Positions 29,036 to 38,353 of a stretch of 64,000 nucleotides of DNA are shown in pieces. The stretch covers positions 1,216,001 through 1,280,000 of the forward strand of contig OZ219816.1 of NCBI GenBank assembly GCA_964291235.2, in the 5' to 3' direction. The notes below the pieces were generated by a model that worked only from the letters and a program-made list of their open reading frames with translations, did not search any database and had not been told where the DNA came from. Both the position numbers and the translations under genes were made by a program. The DNA comes from Vicinamibacteria bacterium. GTDB lineage: Bacteria > Acidobacteriota > Vicinamibacteria > Marinacidobacterales > Marinacidobacteraceae. Position 1 is the stretch's first letter. Every line of letters starts with the position of its first letter.

Positions 29036-30172
29036 ATGAAGAAGAAAGCCCAGTGGACCGGCCGCAATATCAGCCGCCGGCAGTTCGTCCAGGCCGGCGC
29101 CGCGGGCGCCGCCGCTCTCGGCGCGGCCGCCAGCGCGGCGCCGGCGGTGCAATCGTCGGGGCCGAGGCCGGTGGTAATCGCCTCGGGGAACGGGAACCGC
29201 TACAAGAACGGCGGTGACGAGGTCGTCGTCGAACGTGCGTTCCGGATGATGACCGGGGGAAAGGACATCCTCGAGAGCCTGATCGAGGGGGTGAAGATCA
29301 CGGAACTCGATCCCGAGGATGCGAGCGTCGGCTACGGGGGCCGGCCGAACGCGGACGGCGTCGTCCAACTCGATTCATGCTGCATGCACGGACCGAATCG
29401 GCGTGCCGGCGCAGTCGCCGGAATCGAAGGGGTGCGGACTCCGGCATCCGTGGCCTACCAGGTTCTCCAGGTAACGGACCACCACCTGCTCGTGGGGAAG
29501 GGGGCCCAGGGATTCGCCCGCAACATGGGCTTCGAAATCGAGGACGACCTGAACACCCCGCGTTCCCGGGAAATGTGGCTCGAATGGAAGCGGCGGATTG
29601 ATCCCGGACACTACCTCGATCCGAAGAAACGCGCCGAGGCCGGACACGCCGCCGGGCTCTCCATGGTCCGTGACGGACTCATGGACGAAGAGGAGTACTA
29701 CGGCACCATCAACTGCGACGGGCTGAACGCGAACGGCGACCTCGCCGGAGTGACCACCACCAGCGGATTGGCGTGGAAGATCCCGGGGCGCGTCGGCGAT
29801 TCGCCCATCCTGGGCGCCGGGCTCTACGTGGACAATGCGGTGGGCGCGGCGGGCTCCACGGGCCGGGGCGAGGCCAATCTCTACGGCCTCTGCTCCTTCC
29901 TGATCGTGGACGAGATGCGGCGCGGCGCCCACCCCAAGGACGCCGCGATGACCGCGCTCTCGCGCGTCAAGGACAACACGGTAGAGAAGCGGCTCCTGAA
30001 CAGCCGGGGGCTGCCGAACTTCGGGCTGTCGTTCTACGTAGTCAACAAGGCCGGCGAACATGCCGGCGTCTCGATGTACACGAGCGCACGTTCGACCTAC
30101 GCGGTCTGCGACGAGAACGGCCCGCAGTCGGTTTCCATGGAGCCTTTCCTCGAGGGCAGCGCGTCGGACTGA
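29036..30172 (+). CDS. Tat-exported type-2 asparaginase / glycosylasparaginase
   Basis: Tat motif SRRQFVQ, SVGYGG, autocleavage site YGTINC, TTTSGL and GRVGDSPILGAG. Confidence 0.9.
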   Translation: MKKKAQWTGRNISRRQFVQAGAAGAAALGAAASAAPAVQSSGPRPVVIASGNGNRYKNGGDEVVVERAFRMMTGGKDILESLIEGVKITELDPEDASVGYGGRPNADGVVQLDSCCMHGPNRRAGAVAGIEGVRTPASVAYQVLQVTDHHLLVGKGAQGFARNMGFEIEDDLNTPRSREMWLEWKRRIDPGHYLDPKKRAEAGHAAGLSMVRDGLMDEEEYYGTINCDGLNANGDLAGVTTTSGLAWKIPGRVGDSPILGAGLYVDNAVGAAGSTGRGEANLYGLCSFLIVDEMRRGAHPKDAAMTALSRVKDNTVEKRLLNSRGLPNFGLSFYVVNKAGEHAGVSMYTSARSTYAVCDENGPQSVSMEPFLEGSASD

Positions 30173-30199
30173 GACGCCTCGGGAGTCGGGAACCGCCGT

Positions 30200-30565
30200 A
30201 TGCCGTGGAACGCCGAAGGCGTGCGGCCCCGCACTTCGTGCCGCGCCCTGTTGTGGTTGGCCCTCCTCGTCACGATTCCGGCCGGCGCCGCGTGGGGACA
30301 GGAGGAAACCGAAGAGAAGAAGAACCCCCGTCCACCCACGATTTTCGACTTCGGCCACCAGGTGGACGATCCCAGGACACTCCTGTCACCGAAACAGGAC
30401 CTGGAGGACCGTTGGCGGCGTATCTGGCGTCAGACCGGTACGCGCTATCACCTCTATCCGACGCAAAAGGCGGGGCGGGACAACTGGCCGCCGCTCGGCA
30501 TGTACGCGGGGGGCTGGAACTACAGCGTTTGGCGCGATCCGGTCACCGGCTGGCCGGAATTCTGA
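30200..30565 (+). CDS. Small secreted Trp-rich hypothetical protein
   Basis: Signal peptide (LLWLALLVTIPAGAAWG), coding-like composition, and fills the gap between two same-strand genes. Confidence 0.6.
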   Translation: MPWNAEGVRPRTSCRALLWLALLVTIPAGAAWGQEETEEKKNPRPPTIFDFGHQVDDPRTLLSPKQDLEDRWRRIWRQTGTRYHLYPTQKAGRDNWPPLGMYAGGWNYSVWRDPVTGWPEF

Positions 30566-30606
30566 AGCCGCACCGGGACTCCTCAAGCAACGACGATGGA
30601 CAACCC

Positions 30607-31914
30607 GTGCGGATCCTGAGTTTCACCGCCGGAGCGGGCGAGATGCTCTGTGGGAGCTGCATCCGGGACAACGCGCTGGCGCGGTCCCTTGCCGGCCGCG
30701 GACACGATGTCCACCTCGTTCCGTTGTACCAGCGCAGCCGCACCGACGAAACGAGCGTTTCGGAAACCCAGGTGCGCTTCGGCGGGCTCTCGGTGTTCCT
30801 GCAGCACGCGGCCCCGCTCTTCGGAGCGCTCCCCGGACTCGACCGGATTCTCGATTCACCGGCGCTGCTCGGCCTCGTCGAGCGGTTTTCCTCGTCCACC
30901 GACCCGACCAAACTCGGGCCGCTCACCGTCACCACGCTGGAAGGGGTCCAGGGACCGGCCCGGCGCGCGGTCGAGGCTCTCGCGGAGTCCGTCCGGGATG
31001 CCGGACCCGACGTGGTGGTGCTGCCCAACTCGCTGCTGCTCGGTCTCGCCGCTCCGCTTGCCGCGGCCACCGGAGCCCCGGTCGTCGTTACCTTCTCCGG
31101 AGAGGATCTGTTCCTGTCACGGCTGCCCTCCGGTGACCGCCAGCGGGCTCTCGACCTGATGCGGGACGCCGCGGGAGCCGCGGATCATTTCGTAGGCGTT
31201 ACCGAGCATCACGCCCGCGGAATGGCGGACACGCTGGGCATCCCGGATGACCGGGTGTCCTTCGTGCGGTTGGGAGTGGATCCCGACGGATATCCGGCGG
31301 CGCCGAAGGACGGGCTGACCGTCGGCGCCGGCGATGAAGCGCGGCCGGTGACGATCGGCTTCTTCTCCCGGATCGCTCCGGAGAAGGGACTCGATCGGCT
31401 GGCCCGGGCCGTGCTCCAACTGGCCGCCCAACCGGAAGCGCCGCCGCTCCGGGTCCGGGCGGCCGGCTGGATGAGCCGCGGGAGCAAGGGGTATCTGGAG
31501 GGAGTACGCCGCCTGTTCGCCGCAAGCAAATCCGGCGTCTCCTTCGAGTACGTCGGCGAACTGGATCACGCCGGGAAGATCGCCTTCCTGCGAGGGGCCG
31601 ACGTCATCGGCGTCCCCGCGACGTTCCCCGAACCGAAGGGGATCCCGGCGATCGAGGCAATGATGGCGGGCACCCCCGTCGTGGTCCCGCAGCAAGGGGC
31701 GTATCCGGCCTTGCTGGATCGGGCTGAAGGCGGCGTCCTCGCGAAGAGCAGCGAGCCCGCGGACTTCGCCGCGGCGCTCTCGCGGCTTGTGCTGCACCCG
31801 GAGCGGAGGAGAAGCGTTGGGGCACGCGGGTTCCAGCGCGTGAGGGAAGAGCACTCGGTCGACCGGATGGCCGAAGATGCCGAAGCGGCGTTCGCACGTG
31901 TGATCGCCGCCTGA
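30607..31914 (+). CDS. Glycosyltransferase family 4 with N-terminal CxxC
   Basis: GTG start of RILSFTAGAGEMLCGSCIRDN; GT-B motifs SRIAPEKG and EPKGIPAIEAMMAGTPVV. Confidence 0.85.
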   Translation: MRILSFTAGAGEMLCGSCIRDNALARSLAGRGHDVHLVPLYQRSRTDETSVSETQVRFGGLSVFLQHAAPLFGALPGLDRILDSPALLGLVERFSSSTDPTKLGPLTVTTLEGVQGPARRAVEALAESVRDAGPDVVVLPNSLLLGLAAPLAAATGAPVVVTFSGEDLFLSRLPSGDRQRALDLMRDAAGAADHFVGVTEHHARGMADTLGIPDDRVSFVRLGVDPDGYPAAPKDGLTVGAGDEARPVTIGFFSRIAPEKGLDRLARAVLQLAAQPEAPPLRVRAAGWMSRGSKGYLEGVRRLFAASKSGVSFEYVGELDHAGKIAFLRGADVIGVPATFPEPKGIPAIEAMMAGTPVVVPQQGAYPALLDRAEGGVLAKSSEPADFAAALSRLVLHPERRRSVGARGFQRVREEHSVDRMAEDAEAAFARVIAA

Positions 31915-31936
31915 CACCGGTTCAGGAAACCAGACG

Positions 31937-33034
31937 ATGGAAACGCAATCGCCAGACTCCGCAGCCGCCGTGGCGGCGCGCCATGACCTCGACGAGCACG
32001 TCCGGGACATCGTGCGCTGGCACTTCTCCAAGGACACGGGATGTTCCTTCTGGCTGGACTTCCGGAAGCGGCTGGACTTTGACCCGCTCACTGCGATTCA
32101 GGGTTTTGACGACTTGAGGCGGTTTCCGCCATTCGAGGACGAATGGCTCCGGGGAGGCCCGATGCGACGCTGGATCCCCGCGCCCTATCAGGATCGCCCG
32201 CTCTACGTCTTCGAAACCGGGGGAACCACCGGAATTCCGAAGAGCCGCACCTCCGTGGACGACTTCCGGATCGACTACGAACTGTTCAGCGCGGTCCTTT
32301 CCGAGGAGCACTTCCCCCCCGGGTCCAACTGGCTGATGCTGGGGCCATCGGGCCCGCGCCGGCTGCGGCTCGCGGTGGAACATCTGGCCCAGTTCCGGGG
32401 CGGGATCGCGTTCTGTGTGGATCTCGACCCCCGCTGGGTCATCAAGCTGATCAAGAAAGGCTGGACCGAACACCTGCTGGCGTACCAGGCGCACGTGATC
32501 GACCAGGCGCTCACCGTCCTCTCCGCCGGGCACGACATCCAGTGCCTCTTCACGACGCCGAAGTTGCTCGAAGCGCTCTGTCTGCGACTTGAGGACGAGG
32601 GGAGGACGCTTGCCGAAACAGGCATCCGGGGCATCTTTTCCGGGGGTACGGAGTTCACCCCGCAGTGGACGCGGTTCGCGATGGAGGAGTTGCTCGACGG
32701 TGTCTTCCTGCAACCCACCTACGGCAACACCCTGATGGGTCTCGCCCCGGCGCGTCCTCCGACTCCGGAGGACGGCTACCAGATCGCCTACTACCCGCCG
32801 CTGCCCCGCGCCGTCCTGGAAGTCGTGAATCCCGATACCGGCGAGGTGGTGGACTACGGGGCAACCGGCCGGGTGCGCCTCACGACGCTCACCCGGGAGT
32901 TCTTCGTCCCCGGTTTCCTGGAGCGCGACGAGGGCGAGCGGGAACCGCCCTGGGGCCCGTACGCGTGGGACGGGGTGAGCGGCGTCCGCCCCTTCGGCAA
33001 GCTTCCGGGCGGCACCACCGTAGGCGTTTACTAA
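31937..33034 (+). CDS. EhpF/GriC-like stand-alone adenylate-forming protein
   Basis: WHFSKDTGCSFW, P-loop FETGGTTGIPK, GPSGP, VDLDPRW, YGNT and GFLERD. Confidence 0.7.
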   Translation: METQSPDSAAAVAARHDLDEHVRDIVRWHFSKDTGCSFWLDFRKRLDFDPLTAIQGFDDLRRFPPFEDEWLRGGPMRRWIPAPYQDRPLYVFETGGTTGIPKSRTSVDDFRIDYELFSAVLSEEHFPPGSNWLMLGPSGPRRLRLAVEHLAQFRGGIAFCVDLDPRWVIKLIKKGWTEHLLAYQAHVIDQALTVLSAGHDIQCLFTTPKLLEALCLRLEDEGRTLAETGIRGIFSGGTEFTPQWTRFAMEELLDGVFLQPTYGNTLMGLAPARPPTPEDGYQIAYYPPLPRAVLEVVNPDTGEVVDYGATGRVRLTTLTREFFVPGFLERDEGEREPPWGPYAWDGVSGVRPFGKLPGGTTVGVY

Positions 33035-33098
33035 CCTCCGTTCGCGTGCCGCGGACGGTGCGTCCGCCGGCAGGAGCGAGCCTCCCGAGGAGGACACG

Positions 33099-35567
33099 AT
33101 GATGACCTGGCGAACCTGGATCCGGAACGGCGGGCGCCGACTCCTCCTGGCGGTGGCCGTCACCGCCGCCGTCCCCGGCGCCGCGAGCGCCCAGTCCGAA
33201 ACGGTGCTGATCCGCGGGCAGACGATCCACACGGTCACCGGCGGGACCCTTTCCGGGGGGGAGATCCTGATCCGGGACGGGGTGATCGAGGCGGTGGGGG
33301 CGTCGGTGGACGCCCCGGCGGACGCCCGCGTGTACGAAGCCGAGGTCGTCATCCCGGGCCTGATCGACGCCCACGCGCATCTCGCGCTGGACCGTTCCAG
33401 CCGTGCGCGGATCCCCGGCCCGGTAACCGCGGAGTGGAAGGCCGTGGAGCACCTCGATCTTGCGGATCCCATGATTCAGGTGGCGCTCTCGGGAGGCGTG
33501 ACGTCCCTCGTCACGCGCTCGGGCAGCGGCATCATTTCCAGCGGGCAGGCGGTCGCTCTCAAGGCGAAGCGCGTTCCCGGCCCGGAGATGATCCTCAAGC
33601 CCTACGTGGACCTGAAGATGGCCGTACGCCCGCTGATCAACCTGCGGCCCGGCGAGACCCCGCAGACGGTCATGGGGTGGTACGCCACCGCCGACGAGTA
33701 CTTCCGCCGCGCCGAAGCCTACGTGCGGGAGCAGGAAGCGCATGCCGCCGGGACCGGACCCGCTCCGGAGCGCGACGAGCGCCTGGAGGCGTTCGCGGCC
33801 GTGATCCGCGGGGAGGTCATGGTCCACGCGCACGCCCACTATCCGAGCGAGGTCATGATGGTGCTCCGGCTCGCGCGGAAGTACGGCTTCTTCGACCGCC
33901 TCGCCATCGCGCACGCCGAGGAGATCTTTCCGCTCACCGAGCTGCTCGCCGGAACCGAGATCGTGCCGGTCATCGGTCCGATGATGATCGTCCAGTACTG
34001 GGGCGACCCCGAGCCCCTGAATCTGCTGAAGGACCTCCTCGACGCGGGTGTGCACGCCAGCATCCAGACGGACATGTCGAACCAGCACTTCAAGGACTTC
34101 CGCGAGTACGGGGCGTTTCTGGCGCGTCACGGCCTCACCGACGACCAGGCGCTCGAGGTAATGACGATCAACGGAGCGCGCGCGATGATGCTCCAGGACC
34201 GGGTGGGGAGCATCGAGGTCGGGAAGGACGCGGACCTGGTGCTGCTCGACGGGCACTTTCTCGACCTGACCGCCGACCGGGTGGAGCGGGTGTTCGTGGA
34301 CGGGCGCCTCGAATACGAGCGCGACCGGGTGCTCCAGGCCGAGCGGCCCCGGGCCGTAGGGCCGTTCACTCCGCTGACCGGAGCGATCACCGCGGACGAC
34401 CGGACCTTCGCGATCACCGGCGCGCACGTGTTCACCGTGAGCGGCGGCGCGATCCCGGACGCCACCCTCGTGGTGGAGGACGGCCGGTTCACCCGGGTGG
34501 AGGCGGAGGCGGCTCCTCCCGCCGGGATGGCGGTCATGGACGTCGGGGGCAGGGTGGTCATGCCGGGAACGGTGATCGCGCGCGCTTTCCCGAACGACTG
34601 GATCGGCGACCTCAAGTGGCAGGTGCAAAACGACGAGATCACCGCACCGGTGGTGCCGGAGATGAACGCCCTCTATGCCGTGGACCCCTGGTTTCCCTCG
34701 TACCGAGTGAACACGACGATCGGGGTGACCGCGATCCACGTCACCCCGGGCACCCGCAATCTGGTGGGCGGGAACGGGGTCCTGGTAAAGACCCCCGGCC
34801 TCGACTTCGAAAAGATGGTGCGCCGCGAGCCGGCCAGCATGGTGTTCGCCCTCACCGCTTCGGCGCTCCGGGAATGGACCGATGAGGCCGGGGCGTCGCT
34901 GACGCTCGAGAGCGCGTCCGCGATGATCCGACGGACCCTGGACGCCGCCCGGAGCTACGCGGAGGCGGAAGGGTTCCGCGACTACGACGCGCGCCTCGAG
35001 GCGCTCGGGCCGCTACTCCGGCGAGAGGTGCCGGCGATGGTCCATGCGGACCGCGTGGTCGAGATCGAAGCGGCGCTGAGCCTCGCGGAGGACTACGGCC
35101 TGCGGCTCGTGATCACCGGCGGGGTCGAGGCGCACCGGTTGGCCGACCGGCTGGCGGCGGCGGGCGCGGGAGTCATTCTGGGCAACTCGGGAAGCTACGC
35201 CTCGGACATCCGGGGCGGTGGCGATGGCTGGAGCGTGGAGGGGCCGGCGATCCTGAACCGGGCGGGCGTGAAGGTGGCCTTTTACGGTCCGGGCGCCTCG
35301 CGGCGGGCTTCGCCCATCGGGCGGCTGGGGGGTGAGCCGATCCTCAACGCGGCGTGGGCGTTCCGCAACGGGGTCCCGGAGGTGGACGCGCTGAAGATGG
35401 CAACGCTCCATGCAGCCGAACTGGTGGACGCAGGCGACCGGATCGGAAGCATCGAGCCGGGCAAGGACGCGGACTTCGTCATTCTGGAAGGGCACCCGTT
35501 CGATTACCGGGTATTGCCGGGGTGGGTGTTCGTGGACGGGAGGTCGGAGGCCGGCAATCCGCCGTAG
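33099..35567 (+). CDS. Secreted tandem two-domain amidohydrolase
   Basis: PGLIDAHAH in domain 1 and two copies of GSIExGKDAD; signal peptide and GGAGG RBS. Confidence 0.85.
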   Translation: MMTWRTWIRNGGRRLLLAVAVTAAVPGAASAQSETVLIRGQTIHTVTGGTLSGGEILIRDGVIEAVGASVDAPADARVYEAEVVIPGLIDAHAHLALDRSSRARIPGPVTAEWKAVEHLDLADPMIQVALSGGVTSLVTRSGSGIISSGQAVALKAKRVPGPEMILKPYVDLKMAVRPLINLRPGETPQTVMGWYATADEYFRRAEAYVREQEAHAAGTGPAPERDERLEAFAAVIRGEVMVHAHAHYPSEVMMVLRLARKYGFFDRLAIAHAEEIFPLTELLAGTEIVPVIGPMMIVQYWGDPEPLNLLKDLLDAGVHASIQTDMSNQHFKDFREYGAFLARHGLTDDQALEVMTINGARAMMLQDRVGSIEVGKDADLVLLDGHFLDLTADRVERVFVDGRLEYERDRVLQAERPRAVGPFTPLTGAITADDRTFAITGAHVFTVSGGAIPDATLVVEDGRFTRVEAEAAPPAGMAVMDVGGRVVMPGTVIARAFPNDWIGDLKWQVQNDEITAPVVPEMNALYAVDPWFPSYRVNTTIGVTAIHVTPGTRNLVGGNGVLVKTPGLDFEKMVRREPASMVFALTASALREWTDEAGASLTLESASAMIRRTLDAARSYAEAEGFRDYDARLEALGPLLRREVPAMVHADRVVEIEAALSLAEDYGLRLVITGGVEAHRLADRLAAAGAGVILGNSGSYASDIRGGGDGWSVEGPAILNRAGVKVAFYGPGASRRASPIGRLGGEPILNAAWAFRNGVPEVDALKMATLHAAELVDAGDRIGSIEPGKDADFVILEGHPFDYRVLPGWVFVDGRSEAGNPP

Positions 35568-35593
35568 GAAACACTCCCTCCTGAACAGCCTCC

Positions 35594-35623
35594 TTGACTT
35601 TCAGGTGGTTTGTGGCATCTACT
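35594..35623 (+). promoter_or_regulatory. Possible sigma70 promoter for the cold-shock gene (long 5' UTR)
   Basis: TTGACT -35 in an AT-richer patch, with only a weak -10 (TCTACT, 18-bp spacer). Confidence 0.35.
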
Positions 35624-35783
35624 CCCGCCTTCTTGCGCGCACCGGCCTGGTGCGATCCAGGATCGTCGCTACCGCGACCGGTCTCCCGATCCCCTGCCGA
35701 TGCGAGCTTCAAACCGAGCGCCCCCGCACTTTGAGCGGGGCGCCCAAAACAACAACTATTGTTGGCTGTTAGAGGAACGATTC

Positions 35784-35993
35784 ATGGCTACCGGCACGGT
35801 AAAGTGGTTTAACGCGGCGAAGGGCTTCGGGTTCATCGAGCCCGAGGACCGTTCAAAGGACGTCTTCGTCCACATCTCGGAGGTGGAGAAAGCCGGGATG
35901 AATTCGCTTCGCGAAGGCCAGAAGGTCTCGTATGAACTTCAGGTTGGAAACAACGGCAAGACGTCCGCCGGAAATCTGTCCTCCGCCGACTAG
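35784..35993 (+). CDS. Cold-shock protein (CspA family)
   Basis: [18 protein letters not shown] and DVFVHIS; GAGGA RBS. Confidence 0.95.
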   Translation: MATGTVKWFNAAKGFGFIEPEDRSKDVFVHISEVEKAGMNSLREGQKVSYELQVGNNGKTSAGNLSSAD

Positions 35994-36165
35994 ATAGTCG
36001 GGGCTCCCCGTCTCCGGACGGGTGTCGCCCCAGCCCGGTCCTTCCAGACGAACGGACCACGAGCCGGCCGATGAGGCCGCATCACGTCTGTGGTCTGGAA
36101 ACCTGCGCGCCGTGCGCTACCCGCGTAGGCTGGGCGCAAGGCGCTGGTTTCGCGCTTCCGCGCGA

Positions 36166-36193
36166 TGCCGACCGGACGTCGGCGTTCCATGCC
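36166..36193 (+). repeat. Single degenerate REP-like palindrome
   Basis: TGCCGACCGGACGTCGGCGTTCCATGCC resembles TGCCGACCAGAGGTCGGCGTTCCCGTGCC at about 22470. Confidence 0.55.
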
Positions 36194-36248
36194 CAGGCGC
36201 CATACGGCCTCTGAGCGGCGTGGGGCGGCCTCGGAATCGGTTGGGGAA

Positions 36249-38267
36249 TCAGTTCGTCGTGGGCTGGGTGCGGTACTTGTCGAACCAGGCCACGATGTTG
36301 GCGATTTTCGCCATCAACTGACTGGGGCGGCGGCTCATGTCGTGGGACGCGCCCGGCAACCGGACCACGGCGGTATCGATGCCGCGGAACTTGAGGGCGT
36401 GAAACAACTGGTATGACTCCGACAGGGGTGTCCGGAGATCCTCCGCGCCGGTGAGAATCAGCGTCGGCGTCTCCACGTTCCCGGCGAGGGAGAGCGGCGA
36501 GAACCTCCAGTAGGGCTCGGGATTCTCCCAGGGCAGGCCCTCGTAGCGGCTGAAGTAATAGCCGTACCAGTTGTCGGCGGTCAGGGTCTTGCTGATCCAG
36601 TTGACGACGGGCTTTTGCGACACCGCGGCACGGAAGCGATCGGTCTTGCCGACGATCCAGGCGGTCATGATGCCGCCGGCGCTGCCCCCGGTGACGAACA
36701 GGTTGTCTTCGTCCACGTAGCCCCGGGCGATCACGGCGTCCACCCCGGACATCAGGTCGTCGTAGTCGTTGCCGGGATAGTTGCGGTAGAGCAGGTCCCC
36801 GAACTCCTGGCCGTAGCTGGTGCTCCCGCGCGGATTGGCGTAGAGCACCACGTACCCGGCGGCCGCGAGCAGTTGCATTTCCGCCGAGAAGCGGTCGCCG
36901 TAGTTGGAAATCGGGCCGCCGTGGATTTCGAGGATCAACGGATATCTGCGACTCGGGTCGAAATCCGGCGGCTTGACGATCCAGCCGTGCACCGGCCGGC
37001 CGTCGAAAGAGGAGTCCCACCAGATCTCCTCGACCTCGCCCAGGGTCTTGCCGGCGAGCAGGTCTTCGTTGAGCCCGGTGATCTGGCGGATCGACTCCCC
37101 GTGCTGGCCGACGGCCAGCTCGCCCGGCATTCCCGGGCGGCTCTGGTTGAACGCGAAGGCGCCGGTTTCGGCAACCGAGAAGGAACCGCCGCCGTAGGGA
37201 CGGCCGTACGAGGTTCCCCCGAGATCCTCCCCGAGGACTTCGACCTCGCCGTCAAGGGTGACGAACGCGACCTTCGAGTTTCCCTCGTCGTCGTACTGGA
37301 AGTAGATGCGGTGCCCGTCCGCGGCCCACACGGGGTTCGAGACGCTCCGGTCGAGGCCAGTGGTCACTACCCGCTGGCCGCTGCCGTCCAGGTTCATGAC
37401 CTCGAGCCGGCTGACCTGGTAGGTCCGTACCTGGTCCTCATAGCCCACGAACGCGATCTGTTGCCCGTCGGGAGACACCGCGGGGCTGCGATCGGGCCCC
37501 TTCCGGTCGGTCAGCGCCCGGATTTCTCCCCCGGCCACGGGCGCGATGTAGAGCTCCGAGTTGCGGTAGTCGAGCACCCAGTCCGGACTGCGGTTCGAGG
37601 AGAAGACGAGATTCCCGCCGTCCGGTGTCCAGGCGGCCGGGCTGGAATGCTGGAAATCGCCGGAAGTGACCTGCACCGGCGTGCCGCCTTCGACGGGGAG
37701 AACGAAGATGTGCTGGTAGCCGAAGTCGAGGTACCCGACGCCGTCCTGCCGGTTCTTGAAGCGATCCTCCATGATCGGGGGATCGGCCCACTCCGCGCCC
37801 GGGGGCGGTTTGGGCGGCGGGGCAAGCTGGGGCGCCGCGTGAGGCACCAGCATGTTGAAGGCGAGCTGGCGCCCGTCCGGCGACCAGCGGATGCCGCGGG
37901 GTGATTCCAGAAGCTGGGTGAGGGTCGCCGTCTCGCCGCTGTCCATCCAGCGCAGCTGGATCTGTCCGCTCGCGGTATAGGCGATGCGAGTGCCGTCCGG
38001 GGACCAGCGCGGGGATGAGCCCGCCGCCAGACGCCGGTGATCGCTGCCGTCGGCGTTCACCAGCCACAACTCGGAGCGCCGCCGATCGCGCATGATGTCC
38101 ATCGAAGTGCGGACGTACACGACCTGGCTGCCGTCCGGGGATATCTGCGGGTCGGCCGCGAATTCGAGCTGGAAGACGTCCATCGGCTCGAATGGCGTTT
38201 GGGCGCCGGCGGCGGCCGGCAAGGTCAACGCGGCGGCGAGGGCAAGGAGTTGCGTGATCCTGAACAT
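36249..38267 (-). CDS. S9 family peptidase (beta-propeller + alpha/beta hydrolase)
   Basis: WSPDG repeats, IHGGP, GGSAGG nucleophile, EDLRTP and GASH. Confidence 0.93.
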   Translation of the reverse strand: MFRITQLLALAAALTLPAAAGAQTPFEPMDVFQLEFAADPQISPDGSQVVYVRTSMDIMRDRRRSELWLVNADGSDHRRLAAGSSPRWSPDGTRIAYTASGQIQLRWMDSGETATLTQLLESPRGIRWSPDGRQLAFNMLVPHAAPQLAPPPKPPPGAEWADPPIMEDRFKNRQDGVGYLDFGYQHIFVLPVEGGTPVQVTSGDFQHSSPAAWTPDGGNLVFSSNRSPDWVLDYRNSELYIAPVAGGEIRALTDRKGPDRSPAVSPDGQQIAFVGYEDQVRTYQVSRLEVMNLDGSGQRVVTTGLDRSVSNPVWAADGHRIYFQYDDEGNSKVAFVTLDGEVEVLGEDLGGTSYGRPYGGGSFSVAETGAFAFNQSRPGMPGELAVGQHGESIRQITGLNEDLLAGKTLGEVEEIWWDSSFDGRPVHGWIVKPPDFDPSRRYPLILEIHGGPISNYGDRFSAEMQLLAAAGYVVLYANPRGSTSYGQEFGDLLYRNYPGNDYDDLMSGVDAVIARGYVDEDNLFVTGGSAGGIMTAWIVGKTDRFRAAVSQKPVVNWISKTLTADNWYGYYFSRYEGLPWENPEPYWRFSPLSLAGNVETPTLILTGAEDLRTPLSESYQLFHALKFRGIDTAVVRLPGASHDMSRRPSQLMAKIANIVAWFDKYRTQPTTN

Positions 38268-38353
38268 GTCTTGACTCCCGGGCTGGGGTAGGGGGCTGAA
38301 GCGGCTAACCGGCGGCTAGCGGGGGCGAGGCAACGTAACAGAGACGCGCGGGA

